A model generated the notes under the pieces. It did no database searches. It saw only the letters and a program-made list of their open reading frames with translations, and had not been told where the DNA came from. Below are positions 11,182-22,062 of a stretch of 64,000 nucleotides of DNA, one piece after another (position 1 is the stretch's first letter; the number at the start of each line of letters is the position of its first letter). The stretch spans positions 192,295 through 256,294 of the forward strand of contig CABUUO010000001.1 of NCBI GenBank assembly GCA_902494875.1, given 5' to 3'. Both the position numbers and the translations under genes were made by a program. The stretch is from an uncultured Pseudomonadota bacterium. GTDB taxonomy: Bacteria; Pseudomonadota; Alphaproteobacteria; RF32; CAG-239.

Positions 11182-12816
11182 CTAAATCAGGCGGGACTTT
11201 TCAATCGCGGCCCTGACAAAGGAAACAAACAACGGATGCGGATCAAACGGCTTGGACTTTAGTTCGGGATGGAACTGAACACCGATAAACCACGGATGCT
11301 CCGGAATCTCGACGATTTCGGGCAGACGTCCGTCCGGAGACTTTCCGGAAATGACCATTCCGACGTCATTGAGCTGTTTTTCATATTTGATGTTTACTTC
11401 ATAGCGGTGGCGGTGACGCTCAAAGATTTTTTCCGCACCGTAAACCCGGTTGACCAAGGAACCTGGCTGAAGGTCGCATTCATAAGCGCCCAGGCGCATG
11501 GTGCCGCCCAAATCGCCGTCTTTGTGGCGGATTTGTCTGGCTCCGTCTTTGTCCCATTCGGTCATCAGGCCGACAACGGCTTCGCAGTCCGGCGCAAACT
11601 CGGTGGTTCCGGCATTTTTAACGCCGCAGAGGTCGCGCATGGCTTCAATAACAGCCATCTGCATACCAAAACAGATGCCCAAAAACGGAATGTTGTTTTC
11701 ACGGGCATAACGAATGGCCCTGATTTTGCCTTCCGTACCGCGGGCACCAAAACCGCCCGGAACCAAAATGCCGGAGACATCGCCCAGTTCGGCGGCAATG
11801 TCTTCTTTTTCCAGAGCTTCTGAATCGACCCATTTGATACGAACCTTATATTTGTTGGCAATACCTCCGTGCGTCAGAGCCTCGCCCAAAGACTTATAAG
11901 TGTCAAGCATCTGCGTATATTTGCCGACGACGGCGATTTTCACTTCGCCTTCAGGGTGTTTGATGGTCTCGACTATGTGCTCCCATTTGCTCAAATCAGC
12001 CGGTCCGTCTTCCAGACCGAAGTATTTGCAGACCTGACGATCCATCCCCTCACGCGAATATGCCAGCGGAACGGCATAAATGCTCGGCGCATCCAAAGCG
12101 GCAATAACGTTTTCTTCCTTAATATTGCAGAAAAGCGCAATCTTGCGTTTTTCATTTTCGGGAATCGGCATTTGCGAGCGGCAAAGCAACATATCAGGCT
12201 GAATACCGTATTCCTGAAGCTGTTTGACCGAGTGCTGGGTCGGCTTGGTTTTAAGTTCGCCGGAAGCTGGAATAAAGGGCAGCAGGGTCACATGGATAAA
12301 CATAACCCGGCTACGCCCCAAATCGTAAGCCGTCTGACGAATGGCCTCGAGAAACGGCTGCCCTTCAATATCGCCGACCGTACCGCCGATTTCGCAGAGA
12401 ACAAAATCTTCGTCGGTAATATCCGATTTGATAAAATCCTTAATTTCATTGGTTACATGCGGAATGACCTGAATGGTGGCTCCAAGATAATCTCCGTGGC
12501 GCTCCTTATCCAGCACACGTTGATAAATTTTGCCGGAAGTTACGCTGTCGGTCTTGTGACAGGAAACGCCTGAAAAACGTTCATAGTGACCGAGGTCAAG
12601 ATCGGTTTCGGCACCGTCATCGGTTACAAAGACTTCACCGTGCTGATACGGACTCATGGTTCCGGGGTCTACGTTCAGATACGGATCGAGCTTGCGCATG
12701 CGGACTTTGAAACCTCTGGCCTGCAGGGTTGCCGCCAGCGATGCGGAAGCCAGCCCCTTACCCAAAGAAGAGACGACGCCGCCTGTAATGAAGATAAATT
12801 TTGTATTTTCAGACAT
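11182..12816 (-). CDS. pyrG: CTP synthase
   Basis: 544 aa; N-terminal [16 protein letters not shown] and a C-terminal glutamine amidotransferase domain (GICFGMQ). Confidence 0.95.
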   Translation of the reverse strand: MSENTKFIFITGGVVSSLGKGLASASLAATLQARGFKVRMRKLDPYLNVDPGTMSPYQHGEVFVTDDGAETDLDLGHYERFSGVSCHKTDSVTSGKIYQRVLDKERHGDYLGATIQVIPHVTNEIKDFIKSDITDEDFVLCEIGGTVGDIEGQPFLEAIRQTAYDLGRSRVMFIHVTLLPFIPASGELKTKPTQHSVKQLQEYGIQPDMLLCRSQMPIPENEKRKIALFCNIKEENVIAALDAPSIYAVPLAYSREGMDRQVCKYFGLEDGPADLSKWEHIVETIKHPEGEVKIAVVGKYTQMLDTYKSLGEALTHGGIANKYKVRIKWVDSEALEKEDIAAELGDVSGILVPGGFGARGTEGKIRAIRYARENNIPFLGICFGMQMAVIEAMRDLCGVKNAGTTEFAPDCEAVVGLMTEWDKDGARQIRHKDGDLGGTMRLGAYECDLQPGSLVNRVYGAEKIFERHRHRYEVNIKYEKQLNDVGMVISGKSPDGRLPEIVEIPEHPWFIGVQFHPELKSKPFDPHPLFVSFVRAAIEKSRLI

Positions 12817-12890
12817 TTAATTTTCCCTTGTTTTAAAGTGAGAAAGGCACCTTCCCGAAAAAGGTGCCTTTATGTTCGTTACGATATTCA

Positions 12891-13199
12891 TTATTCACCG
12901 GCAACCGGAGCCTGCGGTTCTGACGGAGCCGTATCGGAAACCTCAATAATGGAATCCAATTTTCTCTCAAAACCCCGATGATAAATAGACAGTGAGATAC
13001 TGGTAATAATGAAAATTGTGGCCAGAATGGCTGTCAGTCTGGTCAAAAAATTTCCGGTTCCTCTGGCCGTTAAAAAACTGCCGGCGCCGCTGCCGCCGCC
13101 CAAACCGTCAAGAGCGCCGCCTTCAGAACGCTGCAACAAAATCACGGCGACCAGAAAAATTGCCGTAATCAAATGGATTACCAATAAGACGTTTCCCAT
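12891..13199 (-). CDS. secG: preprotein translocase subunit SecG
   Basis: 102 aa; SecG-like LLQRSEGGALDGLGGGS region; located between tpiA and pyrG. Confidence 0.8.
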   Translation of the reverse strand: MGNVLLVIHLITAIFLVAVILLQRSEGGALDGLGGGSGAGSFLTARGTGNFLTRLTAILATIFIITSISLSIYHRGFERKLDSIIEVSDTAPSEPQAPVAGE

Positions 13200-13240
13200 A
13201 TTTATTCTTCCTTTTTAATCAGTTTACCGGCAAGACAATC

Positions 13241-14002
13241 TTAGAAACCGGCGTTTTTGGCGATATTTATAAAATCTTCAACCTTCAGGCTGGCTCCGCC
13301 GATCAGAGCACCGTCGACATCAGGCAAAGACAAAAATTCTTTGGCATTGGACGGTTTAACCGAACCGCCGTACAAAATGCGCATTTTGTTGGCATTGCCC
13401 TTTCCGAGCTTTTTGGCCAGAACCTTGCGAACGGCAGCATGAACTTCTTCAACGTCTTCCGCTGTCGGCGTTTTGCCGGTACCGATGGCCCAAACCGGCT
13501 CATAAGCGATGACGGTGTTGGCTGCGGTGGCCGTATCCGGAACCGAACCGAGAATTTGCGTGGTGCAAACGTCAATGGTTTTGCCGGCATCGCGTTCGGC
13601 CAGCGTTTCACCGATGCAGATAATGACTTTCAAACCGGCATCATAGGCGGCCTGAGACTTTTTGCAAATCAGTTCGTTGCTCTCGCCATGGTCGGCGCGG
13701 CGTTCGGAGTGTCCGGTAATGACATATTGGCAACCGGCATCTTTCAGCATAACCGGACTGACGTCACCGGTATGAGCGCCCTTCTCCGCAAAATGGCAGT
13801 CCTGAGCACCGAGAGCGACTTTTGCGCCGCGCAGCGCTTTTTTAACCGAGGTCAGCAAAGTGAACGGCGGACAAACCAGAAACTCGCATTCCGGTTTTCC
13901 CATTTTCTTTACTTCCGCAGCAACGCCTTTTGCCAAAGCCACGCCGTCTTCCAAAAGACCATTCATCTTCCAGTTGCCGGCAATCAGAGTTTTTCTAGCC
14001 AT
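13241..14002 (-). CDS. tpiA: triose-phosphate isomerase
   Basis: The track ORF carries a 25-aa N-terminal extension. The real start is probably [15 protein letters not shown], the canonical TIM N-terminus. Confidence 0.9.
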   Translation of the reverse strand: MARKTLIAGNWKMNGLLEDGVALAKGVAAEVKKMGKPECEFLVCPPFTLLTSVKKALRGAKVALGAQDCHFAEKGAHTGDVSPVMLKDAGCQYVITGHSERRADHGESNELICKKSQAAYDAGLKVIICIGETLAERDAGKTIDVCTTQILGSVPDTATAANTVIAYEPVWAIGTGKTPTAEDVEEVHAAVRKVLAKKLGKGNANKMRILYGGSVKPSNAKEFLSLPDVDGALIGGASLKVEDFINIAKNAGF

Positions 14003-14202
14003 TTTTACTTCCTTAACAATATTAAAAAAACAAATTTGTTTTCTATTTAACATAACAAAAAAAAATATTCCAGACAAAAAAACTTTTCAACACTAATATT
14101 ATTTAAGATTTTCGTGCATTATTTTAAATTATGTGCAGACATATTATAAAAATGCATTATAATCAGCGCAATTAGTAAATATATGGATAGGATTACGATA
14201 GA

Positions 14203-16086
14203 ATGATTACTAAACTGACAAAAATCAAGGATTCTTGGATTATCAAGCTTTTATTGATTTTAACCGCTCTGAGCTTTGTGTCTTTGTTCGGCATTACGGG
14301 CTATATCGGCAGCGCCGGCAAAAACAAACCTGTTATCAGCGTCGGAAGCATAAACATATCTCAGGCCGACATCAACAGCCAGTTTAACCATGAAATGCAG
14401 ATGGCAAAGAACCTGTTCGGCGAGAACCTCGACATTAACGAATCAATGCGGAGCGCCCTGCTGCAGGGAATTATCCAAAAAGAACTGATGAACGCCATTA
14501 TGCAGGAAACAGCAGACGATCTGGGTGTCAGCATCAGCAATGACTATGTCAGACAAATCATCTTTTCACAATCTGAATTTCTGGATGCGGACGGACGTTT
14601 CAGCCCAGAAAAATTCAAACGCCTTTTGAGCGCTTCCGGCTGGAGCGAAGGAAAATACATCCAGACCCTGAAAGAAGACGTTATCAAACAACACCTGATT
14701 CACGGTTTGGTCGAAAACTTCAACGTTCCGAAGTTTATGACGCCGTATCTGGAAAAAATCAACAATCAGAGGAAAGTGTTCAAATATATTACCATTAACA
14801 CCGACAAACTGCCGATTGACCGCAGAATTTCCAAAGACGAACTGGAACAATATTATCAAGACTTTGCGCCCCAGTTTGTTGAACCGGAGAAAAGAGACGC
14901 CTCTTTCATCGTATTGAAAACAGATGACATCGCTGCCCGCTTCAGTCCCGAAGAAGACGAAATCAACGCTTATTATGAGGAAAATATAAGCCAGTTTGTT
15001 ACCCCTGAAAAAAGAAACGTTTTGCAGATGGTTTTTGATCAGGAAAGCGATGCCGAAGCCGCTGCTGCAAAACTCAAAGCCGGCGAAGACTTTTACAAGG
15101 TTGCCGAAACTCAGGCCAAACAGGATAAAAGCGCCACTGAGCTGGGCTGGGTTGCTCAGGATCAGCTGATTGCCGATATGGGCGGAAAAATATTCAGTCT
15201 GAAAAACGGCGAAACGGCCGGACCGGTCAAATCCGAGATGGGCTGGCACATTATGAAAGTCACCGGCATTAAAGCCAAAAGCGAAATGCCAAAAGCTGAG
15301 GCTCGCAAGAAAATCATTGATGAAATCAGAAAAGAAAAGGCTTATGACGAGGCTTACGAGATCGTCTCCCAGATTGAAGACCAGATCGGCGCCGGAAAAT
15401 CTTTGGAAGATATTGCCAAAGAAAACAAAGTCCGGATTTATAAAGTCAAGGCTCTCAGCGACGACGGACAAGCCAGATCTATGCCCGAAGAATATAAGAA
15501 GCTGCTGAAATCCAATGATTTTCTGGACACGGTCTTTTCTTACAATATCGGCGAAATCAGCCAGGTTATTGAAGAAGAAGACGGCTTTGTTATCGTCCGC
15601 GTTGACGCCGTTGCCGATGCGCACCCTAAAGAGATAGCCGAGGTTAAATCCGAGATTGAGGAACTGTGGGAAGAAAACGAACGCAGCGCCATTGCTCAGG
15701 AAATCATTAACGACGTTACCCATGATTTGGAAAACGGCGACAGCATTGACGAAGTTGCCCGGAGATTCAAACTCAGCCTGAATGTAACCAAACCGCTCAA
15801 GAGGAACGAAACGTTCGCCAACCTCAGCAATGCTCAGGTAAAAGAACTCTTTCAGGAACAAATGAATACGCCCAAACTTTATTCTCTGGGCAATATCCAA
15901 ATCATTGCCGTCAATACACAGATTGTCAACGACAGCAAAAACATTTCTTCCGAAGAGGCAAATGCCATGAAGATGAAAGTTGTCTCCGATCTGACTCAAG
16001 AAGCTGCCAATCAGCTGGTTAATGCATACGGCTCTAATTATAAAATTACGGTGGATTATAAAAACGCCGGTTTAAGCGATATCTAA
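14203..16086 (+). CDS. ppiD: periplasmic chaperone / peptidyl-prolyl isomerase, PpiD-like
   Basis: 627 aa. An N-terminal TM anchor (IIKLLLILTALSFVSLFGITGYIG) is followed by SurA-like chaperone and parvulin-type regions. The size matches PpiD. Confidence 0.7.
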   Translation: MITKLTKIKDSWIIKLLLILTALSFVSLFGITGYIGSAGKNKPVISVGSINISQADINSQFNHEMQMAKNLFGENLDINESMRSALLQGIIQKELMNAIMQETADDLGVSISNDYVRQIIFSQSEFLDADGRFSPEKFKRLLSASGWSEGKYIQTLKEDVIKQHLIHGLVENFNVPKFMTPYLEKINNQRKVFKYITINTDKLPIDRRISKDELEQYYQDFAPQFVEPEKRDASFIVLKTDDIAARFSPEEDEINAYYEENISQFVTPEKRNVLQMVFDQESDAEAAAAKLKAGEDFYKVAETQAKQDKSATELGWVAQDQLIADMGGKIFSLKNGETAGPVKSEMGWHIMKVTGIKAKSEMPKAEARKKIIDEIRKEKAYDEAYEIVSQIEDQIGAGKSLEDIAKENKVRIYKVKALSDDGQARSMPEEYKKLLKSNDFLDTVFSYNIGEISQVIEEEDGFVIVRVDAVADAHPKEIAEVKSEIEELWEENERSAIAQEIINDVTHDLENGDSIDEVARRFKLSLNVTKPLKRNETFANLSNAQVKELFQEQMNTPKLYSLGNIQIIAVNTQIVNDSKNISSEEANAMKMKVVSDLTQEAANQLVNAYGSNYKITVDYKNAGLSDI

Positions 16087-16103
16087 CCTAAAAGAACAGC
16101 TGA

Positions 16104-16137
16104 TAAAAAAACCGCTCTCTTCCGGGAGCGGTTTTTT
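16104..16137. terminator. bidirectional intrinsic terminator between ppiD(+) and the autotransporter(-)
   Basis: A7-CCGCTCTC...GGGAGCGG-T6 hairpin flanked by A and T runs. Confidence 0.55.
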
Positions 16138-16174
16138 GTTAAGCCTCCGGTCCGCAGAAGCGCCATATTTGCCG

Positions 16175-18817
16175 CTAAAAACGATACTTTGCGTTAATCA
16201 TGCCGGTATGGTTCTGATAATCCTGCCGGAACTGTCCTTCATAACCAAATTCCGCTTCTAAGCGATCATTGACTTCGACCGAAAATCCGGCACCTATTTC
16301 CAGCCCCAAACGATGGAGCCGATCACCTTTGATGACGTATGACGAATTGTTGCTTAAGCCGACTAACGCATTATCGGTATCGGAAATAATATCATAAGTT
16401 AAGGCCAACCGTGCTTCGGGCTGCCAATTGGTTCCGTTGCAGGTTGTAAAGTTTTTTGCAACTCTGGCACCGGCAACTGCCGTTAAGACGTCCATCGTAC
16501 GGGAAGACACCCCCTGCCCCAGCGTATCCGTATAAGCTCCGCGGTCAATGCGGGCATAGCGCATTCCGCCTTCCGGCGTGACGTCAACATTGCCGACATT
16601 CAGTTCATAACCGCTCATCAATTGCAGTCCCAGCGTATCCGTATCATATTTAGATTTGACAATGCGGCCGTAAGCGCTTTTATGTTCTTTATAGTCAGCG
16701 AAGCTGTATGATGCGACAGCATTGAGATACCACTTTGACGGTTTATATTCTCCGTAAATAAAAATCGTATGCGTATCTATGTCCGTATCACGCAAAAAAC
16801 TTTCAACGTCGCTTTGGGTATATGCATAGCCCACACCTGCTTTGCTATTATCTCCGACAGCCTTTTCAAATCCCATGGCCACACCGCCGGATTTTGTATC
16901 AAAACCGTGCGTTTTAGAATTATCGTCAAGTTTTGATTTGTTCGCCAGCATCTGCACCCAGGAGGCTCCTTTATCAAAAATTCCGTCTCCGGCAGACATA
17001 CCGGGTAAAATGCCGGAGACAACGCCACCCGACAGCCTTGACGATACGGCATTAAAGACCTGAGAACTATGCTCGGTGGCAGCCGTTCTGGCTAACGGCG
17101 CGGCATCGGGAGCCAGAGCATAGGCTCCATCGACTATTTTTCCGCTGTCACTTCCGTTCTGAAGCGAAGTATTTATATAGTCCGCAATATCGTTAAAACT
17201 CTGATTGGAACCGTGACCGTTGGTAAAAGCATTGATGAGGCCGGCATTGTTTTTGCTCGTATTTAAAGCGCCTGCAATTTCCGTCTCTGTTTTCTTACCG
17301 CTGTAGAGTAATGAACCGTCATCGTTCAGTGCAAAATTGTAAAGATTATTGCTTATGTCAAATTTTCCTTCAATATGACCGCTTTGCAAGATGTCATAAC
17401 TGCCGATTTCCGTATCGGAATTAACTATCAGATTAAGCTTGGCGCCATCTTCAATGTTCAGTTCATCGGCTTTAATCGAAGCGTATTCAGAAGTGTCTTT
17501 TATACCGATATTCAGTTTGGAATTGCCGTTAAAGCTAATCGAACCGCCGGAGACCGAAGCTGTCGATGCCAGTGTAACTTCGGCATCGTTGACATTTATT
17601 TCTCCGTTGCCATCTATACCGCCGGTAAAAGATGTATGTCCGGATGAAATAGTCACTACGGAAGCATTATGAATATCATTTAATTTTCCGGCGGCGGTAT
17701 TGCCTTGAAAAATATTGTTCCCGCTCAAAGTCAGCGCTGCGTTTTTCTCTCCCCAAATAGCACCGCCGCTTGATGACGCTTTATTATTTATAAAAACGGA
17801 ATCTGAAATTTCCAATTGGCCGCCATTCCATTCTTCATTATATACAGCTCCGCCATTAACCGCCTGATTTTCTTCAAAACGCGTATTATAAATATGCATT
17901 TTTCCCTGATTATTAATCGCACCGCCTGAGGCATACCAACCGCCGGAGACCTTGTTATTGTAAAAATAGCTGTTGCGAATGGTCGTTTCGGCCGAAGGTC
18001 TGGCAAACAAAGCGCCACCCAAAGCCATAGATCCGACACTCACACTGTTATTGGCCATTATAACATTATCCAAATCGGCTTTACCGGCATTGGTTATTGT
18101 AGCATGAACCGTTCCACCACTTAAGCTGCTGCCCGAAATAGAAGAATCAAAAATTTTCAGGGAGCCGCCTTCTTTATTGAAAATTAACCCGGCATCCCCA
18201 TTGCTGACAAAATTGTACAAACCGCTTTTCTCATCAGCAGAATTACCGATATTTTCAAGGATAAGCTCTTTATCGCTATTTATAACAAAACCGATTTTGT
18301 TGTTGCCATTTATGGAATGACCGTTTCCATTAACAATTAAGACATCTGCACTCTGCCCCTCAATACTATTTTCTAAGGTTATATCACCGGTCAAATTAAT
18401 TTTTTCCGTACCGTTTTGTACCAGAAAAGAAAAATTTTTTCCGTTATCGGTAGTTACATCCCGGCTTAAAACCAAATGCAGAGTACTGTCTTTCCGGATG
18501 GAATAATCCTGAAGCGTATTGCCTGCCGCCAAACTGCTACCGGCAAAAGTCAACAGTTGGTTTTCCGGCGAAACACCTTCTTTATCATATATTTGGGCCA
18601 TAATATCTTCAATTCTGTCTGTCGGTTCGACTTCAAGGGTAATATGCTTGCCGCTCAGCGTTTTTACAAAAATCTGCATTGCCGAGGCATTTTCAGCACC
18701 AAGTATCATTACGGCAAACAATCCGGCATTAATCAACGCGCACTTCTTTAAAACGGAACGATATTTTGAAGTCAATACCTTTAAGGCGGTACGGGAATAT
18801 TTCATAAAGCTCTCCAT
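16175..18817 (-). CDS. autotransporter with an N-terminal ubiquitin-like domain and Pmp-type (GGA[ILV]/FxxN) passenger repeats
   Basis: 880 aa with an extended signal peptide. A 72-aa block, [72 protein letters not shown], is about 65% identical to eukaryotic ubiquitin by eye. It ends in LVLS, not LRLRGG. GGAI/FxxN repeats follow. The C-terminus ends ...NAKYRF, a typical terminal-Phe OM beta-barrel signature. Confidence 0.8.
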   Translation of the reverse strand: MESFMKYSRTALKVLTSKYRSVLKKCALINAGLFAVMILGAENASAMQIFVKTLSGKHITLEVEPTDRIEDIMAQIYDKEGVSPENQLLTFAGSSLAAGNTLQDYSIRKDSTLHLVLSRDVTTDNGKNFSFLVQNGTEKINLTGDITLENSIEGQSADVLIVNGNGHSINGNNKIGFVINSDKELILENIGNSADEKSGLYNFVSNGDAGLIFNKEGGSLKIFDSSISGSSLSGGTVHATITNAGKADLDNVIMANNSVSVGSMALGGALFARPSAETTIRNSYFYNNKVSGGWYASGGAINNQGKMHIYNTRFEENQAVNGGAVYNEEWNGGQLEISDSVFINNKASSSGGAIWGEKNAALTLSGNNIFQGNTAAGKLNDIHNASVVTISSGHTSFTGGIDGNGEINVNDAEVTLASTASVSGGSISFNGNSKLNIGIKDTSEYASIKADELNIEDGAKLNLIVNSDTEIGSYDILQSGHIEGKFDISNNLYNFALNDDGSLLYSGKKTETEIAGALNTSKNNAGLINAFTNGHGSNQSFNDIADYINTSLQNGSDSGKIVDGAYALAPDAAPLARTAATEHSSQVFNAVSSRLSGGVVSGILPGMSAGDGIFDKGASWVQMLANKSKLDDNSKTHGFDTKSGGVAMGFEKAVGDNSKAGVGYAYTQSDVESFLRDTDIDTHTIFIYGEYKPSKWYLNAVASYSFADYKEHKSAYGRIVKSKYDTDTLGLQLMSGYELNVGNVDVTPEGGMRYARIDRGAYTDTLGQGVSSRTMDVLTAVAGARVAKNFTTCNGTNWQPEARLALTYDIISDTDNALVGLSNNSSYVIKGDRLHRLGLEIGAGFSVEVNDRLEAEFGYEGQFRQDYQNHTGMINAKYRF

Positions 18818-18908
18818 ATTTTGTCAATTGCCACATTCAATTAATAATGTATACGTATTAACATTATGTAAACATTGTATAAAAAACACTACTTTAAGAT
18901 GCGACAAC

Positions 18909-18947
18909 AAAAAAAAGAGGAAACAGTGCTGTTTCCTCTTTTTTTCT
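18909..18947 (-). terminator. intrinsic terminator downstream of the 193-aa gene
   Basis: Perfect 11-bp stem AGAGGAAACAG/CTGTTTCCTCT with a 2-nt loop, flanked by A8 and T7. Confidence 0.65.
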
Positions 18948-18961
18948 GCCCGTTTAACATA

Positions 18962-19543
18962 TTATTCAATACAGCAGTCTACGGCCTTGCGGACAAAAGC
19001 TTTCATTTTGGCTAAGGCTCCCTGCGGCGCCTTTTCTTCATCTGCGGACGGAGCAGCTGCAACGGCTTCATTAACCTTGGCGGTCAGTTTCTTTACGTCG
19101 TCAACATTGTCTTCAATCCATTTGACATCATTGATGTTGAGCATATTCATATTCAGCCCCCAGAACAGACAATATAGCTCATAAGCCTGATTAAACAAAT
19201 CATACGCGGCTTCCTTATGGCCGAGGCTCTGCTGTTTGGTTCCGACCTCCATCAGACGCATGGAAGAAGCCAGCAGATGTTTGGAGATGCACCATACCTC
19301 CCCTTCATAAGACGGAATGATTTTTTGCATCAGGGTCTTGCGCTTTTCGCGAACTTCTTCAATCAGATCATAAAAAGCAGTTTTACCGGTTTTGGCGCCG
19401 GAAAAGACCAGATGTTCTTCAATCGAAATCAGATTCATAATCGCAATGGTCAGATCCTGGTCCGAAGACAAATCTTTGGGGTTAACTTTTTTGGAGCTGT
19501 CTATTCTTTCAACAAACTCTTTTACGTTTTTGGCTTTGTTCAT
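18962..19543 (-). CDS. hypothetical protein, 193 aa
   Basis: Track ORF. A perfect 11-bp-stem terminator lies just downstream. It sits 4 nt from the next gene. Confidence 0.5.
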   Translation of the reverse strand: MNKAKNVKEFVERIDSSKKVNPKDLSSDQDLTIAIMNLISIEEHLVFSGAKTGKTAFYDLIEEVREKRKTLMQKIIPSYEGEVWCISKHLLASSMRLMEVGTKQQSLGHKEAAYDLFNQAYELYCLFWGLNMNMLNINDVKWIEDNVDDVKKLTAKVNEAVAAAPSADEEKAPQGALAKMKAFVRKAVDCCIE

Positions 19544-19547
19544 GATA

Positions 19548-20084
19548 TTACTCCATAAAATTTAACAGATCATCGGCACGGGCGCACAGCGGATTATAAT
19601 AAAACCAGGTACTGATTAACGCCAATGCAGCAACCGGTACAAAAACCTTTTCAAACGGAAAGTGTGCATGACCGCCGTTTCGGGCTTTCATCCACTGATA
19701 AAATTTGGAAGAATAAATCAGAGCCAGAGCACCGACGATGACGCTGAACAGAAACGGATCAATGTAAAAAATCAAGATAGAAATCGGCTCATAGGTCATT
19801 TTGCTGACATACATAAAACCGATCATGGCAACGGAAAGCGCAATCAGCAAAACGTCACGTCCCTTGAAATTCCAGCCCTTCTTGTCAAACCAGACAATAC
19901 ACCAGTATCCAAGCAAAGCCAGAAAAGCGCCGGCCCAAACACCGACGACGCTGTCGTCAACGCCGAAATGGCGGGCTATTTCCAAAGAAGCGCCGACGGC
20001 AATGGTGCAGACAGCGCAGGCCGGATTGGCCCAGGCATTGAAACTAAAGGCGGTAACGAACATTAAAATTAATATACAAGCCAT
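19548..20084 (-). CDS. hypothetical integral membrane protein, 178 aa, about 4 TM
   Basis: Track ORF with four long hydrophobic segments; co-oriented and adjacent to the 193-aa ORF and SulP. Confidence 0.5.
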   Translation of the reverse strand: MACILILMFVTAFSFNAWANPACAVCTIAVGASLEIARHFGVDDSVVGVWAGAFLALLGYWCIVWFDKKGWNFKGRDVLLIALSVAMIGFMYVSKMTYEPISILIFYIDPFLFSVIVGALALIYSSKFYQWMKARNGGHAHFPFEKVFVPVAALALISTWFYYNPLCARADDLLNFME

Positions 20085-20150
20085 ATTAAAATCCTCTTTA
20101 TTAAAATTTTAGTTTATTATCGCCTTTCGTTTACAAAAAGCAATAAATTT

Positions 20151-21905
20151 CTAAGACTTATCAGAAACTCCGCCGGTTCCGGCTTCTTCTTCCATATTTT
20201 TCAGATAGCGCCTGGTCATTTTCAGCGCATTTTCAAAGGTGGAAGCGGTCGAAATGCAGGAACTGTCAATTCCCTCCTCGTTCAACGCTTCGTGCAGAAC
20301 GCGGCGCGGCTGTTTCTTGACATTAGAAAATATAATCTTGGTATTATATTTTTTAAGCTTTTTTACAAATTCGACAATAACATTGGCACCCGTGGCATCA
20401 ACCACCGGAACATAACCCATACGCAGAATAACGACTTTCGGATGCTGGTGCGGCAGGTTCAGCTTTTTGAAAAAGTTTGAAATCTGCGAAGCAACGCCGA
20501 AAAACAGAGGACCGGAGAAACGCAGCGAGACAACGCCCTGTTGATGCAGAACTTCAGTCAAATCACGGCCGCCGCCGACATTTTCAAGCGTGGTTTCATC
20601 GGTCTCGATTTCAATCTCGCGGCTCATACGGTGCATAAATATAATGCTGGCCATAATGAAACCGACGCTGATGGCGGTGTTCAAATCGACCAAAACGGTC
20701 AAGAGCACGGTGACAATCAAAGTATAACGATCACCGCGCGGCCCTAAAATAAGCTTATACATTTTATCAAAGCCAAGCATATTCCAGCCGATAATAATCA
20801 GAATCGAAGACAGGCAGGCCAAAGGAATGTATTTTGCCAGCGGCGACAACAAGAGCATAAACAGCAACAAAAAGACCGACTGCATCATTCCAGCAACCGG
20901 AGAATAAGCATTCGCCTTAAAGTTGGTTGCGGTGCGGGCAATGGCGCCGGTGGCGGGAACGCCGGTAAAAAACGAACAGATAATATTGGCCAGTCCCTCG
21001 CCGATCAACTCGGCATTGGAATTGTGGTTATCACCGCTCATACCGTCGACAACCGTTGCGCTTAACAGAGATTCAACGCCTGCCAGAAAAGCGATGGTCA
21101 AACCGCTCGGAACGACTTTTAGGAACAAATCCAAATCAAATTCGGGAATTTCCGGCATCGGAATAAAATGCGGAATACCGCCGAACTGACTGCCGATGGT
21201 ATCAACATGAACTCCAAAAATGCTCAGAATCCCAACCAGAAACGTGGTCCCGACCACACTCAGCAGATACCCCGGAAGCTTGGGATATTTGGCTTTAACG
21301 TAAAAAATGATTCCGAACGACAAAACGGCAATCAGCAGGGAAGAAAAACTAAACGTGTTCAAATTGCTCAGATAAGCGCGCCATTTAGGCAAAAATTCTG
21401 CCGGAAGATTTTCAATTTTGAGACCAAGCATATCCTTAATCTGCGTTGTAATCAGAAGCAGGCCGATACCGGCGGTAAAACCAATTACAACCGGATAAGG
21501 AATATATTTGATATAAGTTCCGAAGCGGAGCAGACCGGCAATAATCAGTACCAGGCCGGCAACCAGCATGGTCATGGCCAGCCCCGGGTAGCCAAACTGC
21601 TGAATGACGCCGAAAATGACGACCACAAAGGCACCGGTGGGACCTCCGATCTGATAGCGACTGCCACCTAAAAAGGCAATGAAAAACCCGGCTACGATGG
21701 CTGTATACAGTCCCTGGGCAGGAGTAACACCGGAAGCTATGGCCAAAGCCAGAGCCAACGGGATTGAGATGACAGCTACGGTCAATCCGGCAACGGCATC
21801 ACGGCGAAACTCTTCTTTCGTATAGCCTTTTTTTAAAACTTCAAAGATTTTGGGAGCAAAATTTTTACCATAGAACGCGGTAAGACGATTGAACGACGCA
21901 AACAT
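20151..21905 (-). CDS. SulP-family anion transporter with C-terminal STAS domain
   Basis: 584 aa; multi-TM core followed by a STAS-like tail; typical SulP architecture. Confidence 0.85.
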   Translation of the reverse strand: MFASFNRLTAFYGKNFAPKIFEVLKKGYTKEEFRRDAVAGLTVAVISIPLALALAIASGVTPAQGLYTAIVAGFFIAFLGGSRYQIGGPTGAFVVVIFGVIQQFGYPGLAMTMLVAGLVLIIAGLLRFGTYIKYIPYPVVIGFTAGIGLLLITTQIKDMLGLKIENLPAEFLPKWRAYLSNLNTFSFSSLLIAVLSFGIIFYVKAKYPKLPGYLLSVVGTTFLVGILSIFGVHVDTIGSQFGGIPHFIPMPEIPEFDLDLFLKVVPSGLTIAFLAGVESLLSATVVDGMSGDNHNSNAELIGEGLANIICSFFTGVPATGAIARTATNFKANAYSPVAGMMQSVFLLLFMLLLSPLAKYIPLACLSSILIIIGWNMLGFDKMYKLILGPRGDRYTLIVTVLLTVLVDLNTAISVGFIMASIIFMHRMSREIEIETDETTLENVGGGRDLTEVLHQQGVVSLRFSGPLFFGVASQISNFFKKLNLPHQHPKVVILRMGYVPVVDATGANVIVEFVKKLKKYNTKIIFSNVKKQPRRVLHEALNEEGIDSSCISTASTFENALKMTRRYLKNMEEEAGTGGVSDKS

Positions 21906-22012
21906 TTCTTTTTTCTTCTTTCTTGATTTTTCTATTTTATATTTTCCGGCTGTAGGAATACTACTTTCTTCTGCCGTGTCAAGGGGTTCGGCCGTATTTT
22001 TTGAATATTTTG

Positions 22013-22047
22013 CAAAAAAAAGCGCTTCTTTTATTGAAGCGCTTTTT
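22013..22047 (-). terminator. intrinsic terminator downstream of malQ
   Basis: A8-AGCGCTTC-TTTTATT-GAAGCGCT-T5. Confidence 0.55.
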
Positions 22048-22062
22048 CCGGCAGATATAAAA

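Noticed and set aside
11150-11182. A GCCTCCCG-TTGC-CGGGAGGC hairpin between pyrG and kdsA, and a GGCACC-containing hairpin between secG and pyrG (12843-12870).
   Set aside because: Both sit inside a co-directional housekeeping gene string with weak or misoriented U-tracts. They might be attenuators or REP-like elements, but the evidence is too thin for a feature call.
16400-18500. The repetitive GGAI/FxxN-encoding DNA in the autotransporter gene, considered as a possible CRISPR array or tandem DNA repeat.
   Set aside because: The repeats are at the protein-motif level with divergent DNA and irregular spacing. There are no identical direct repeats and no cas genes.
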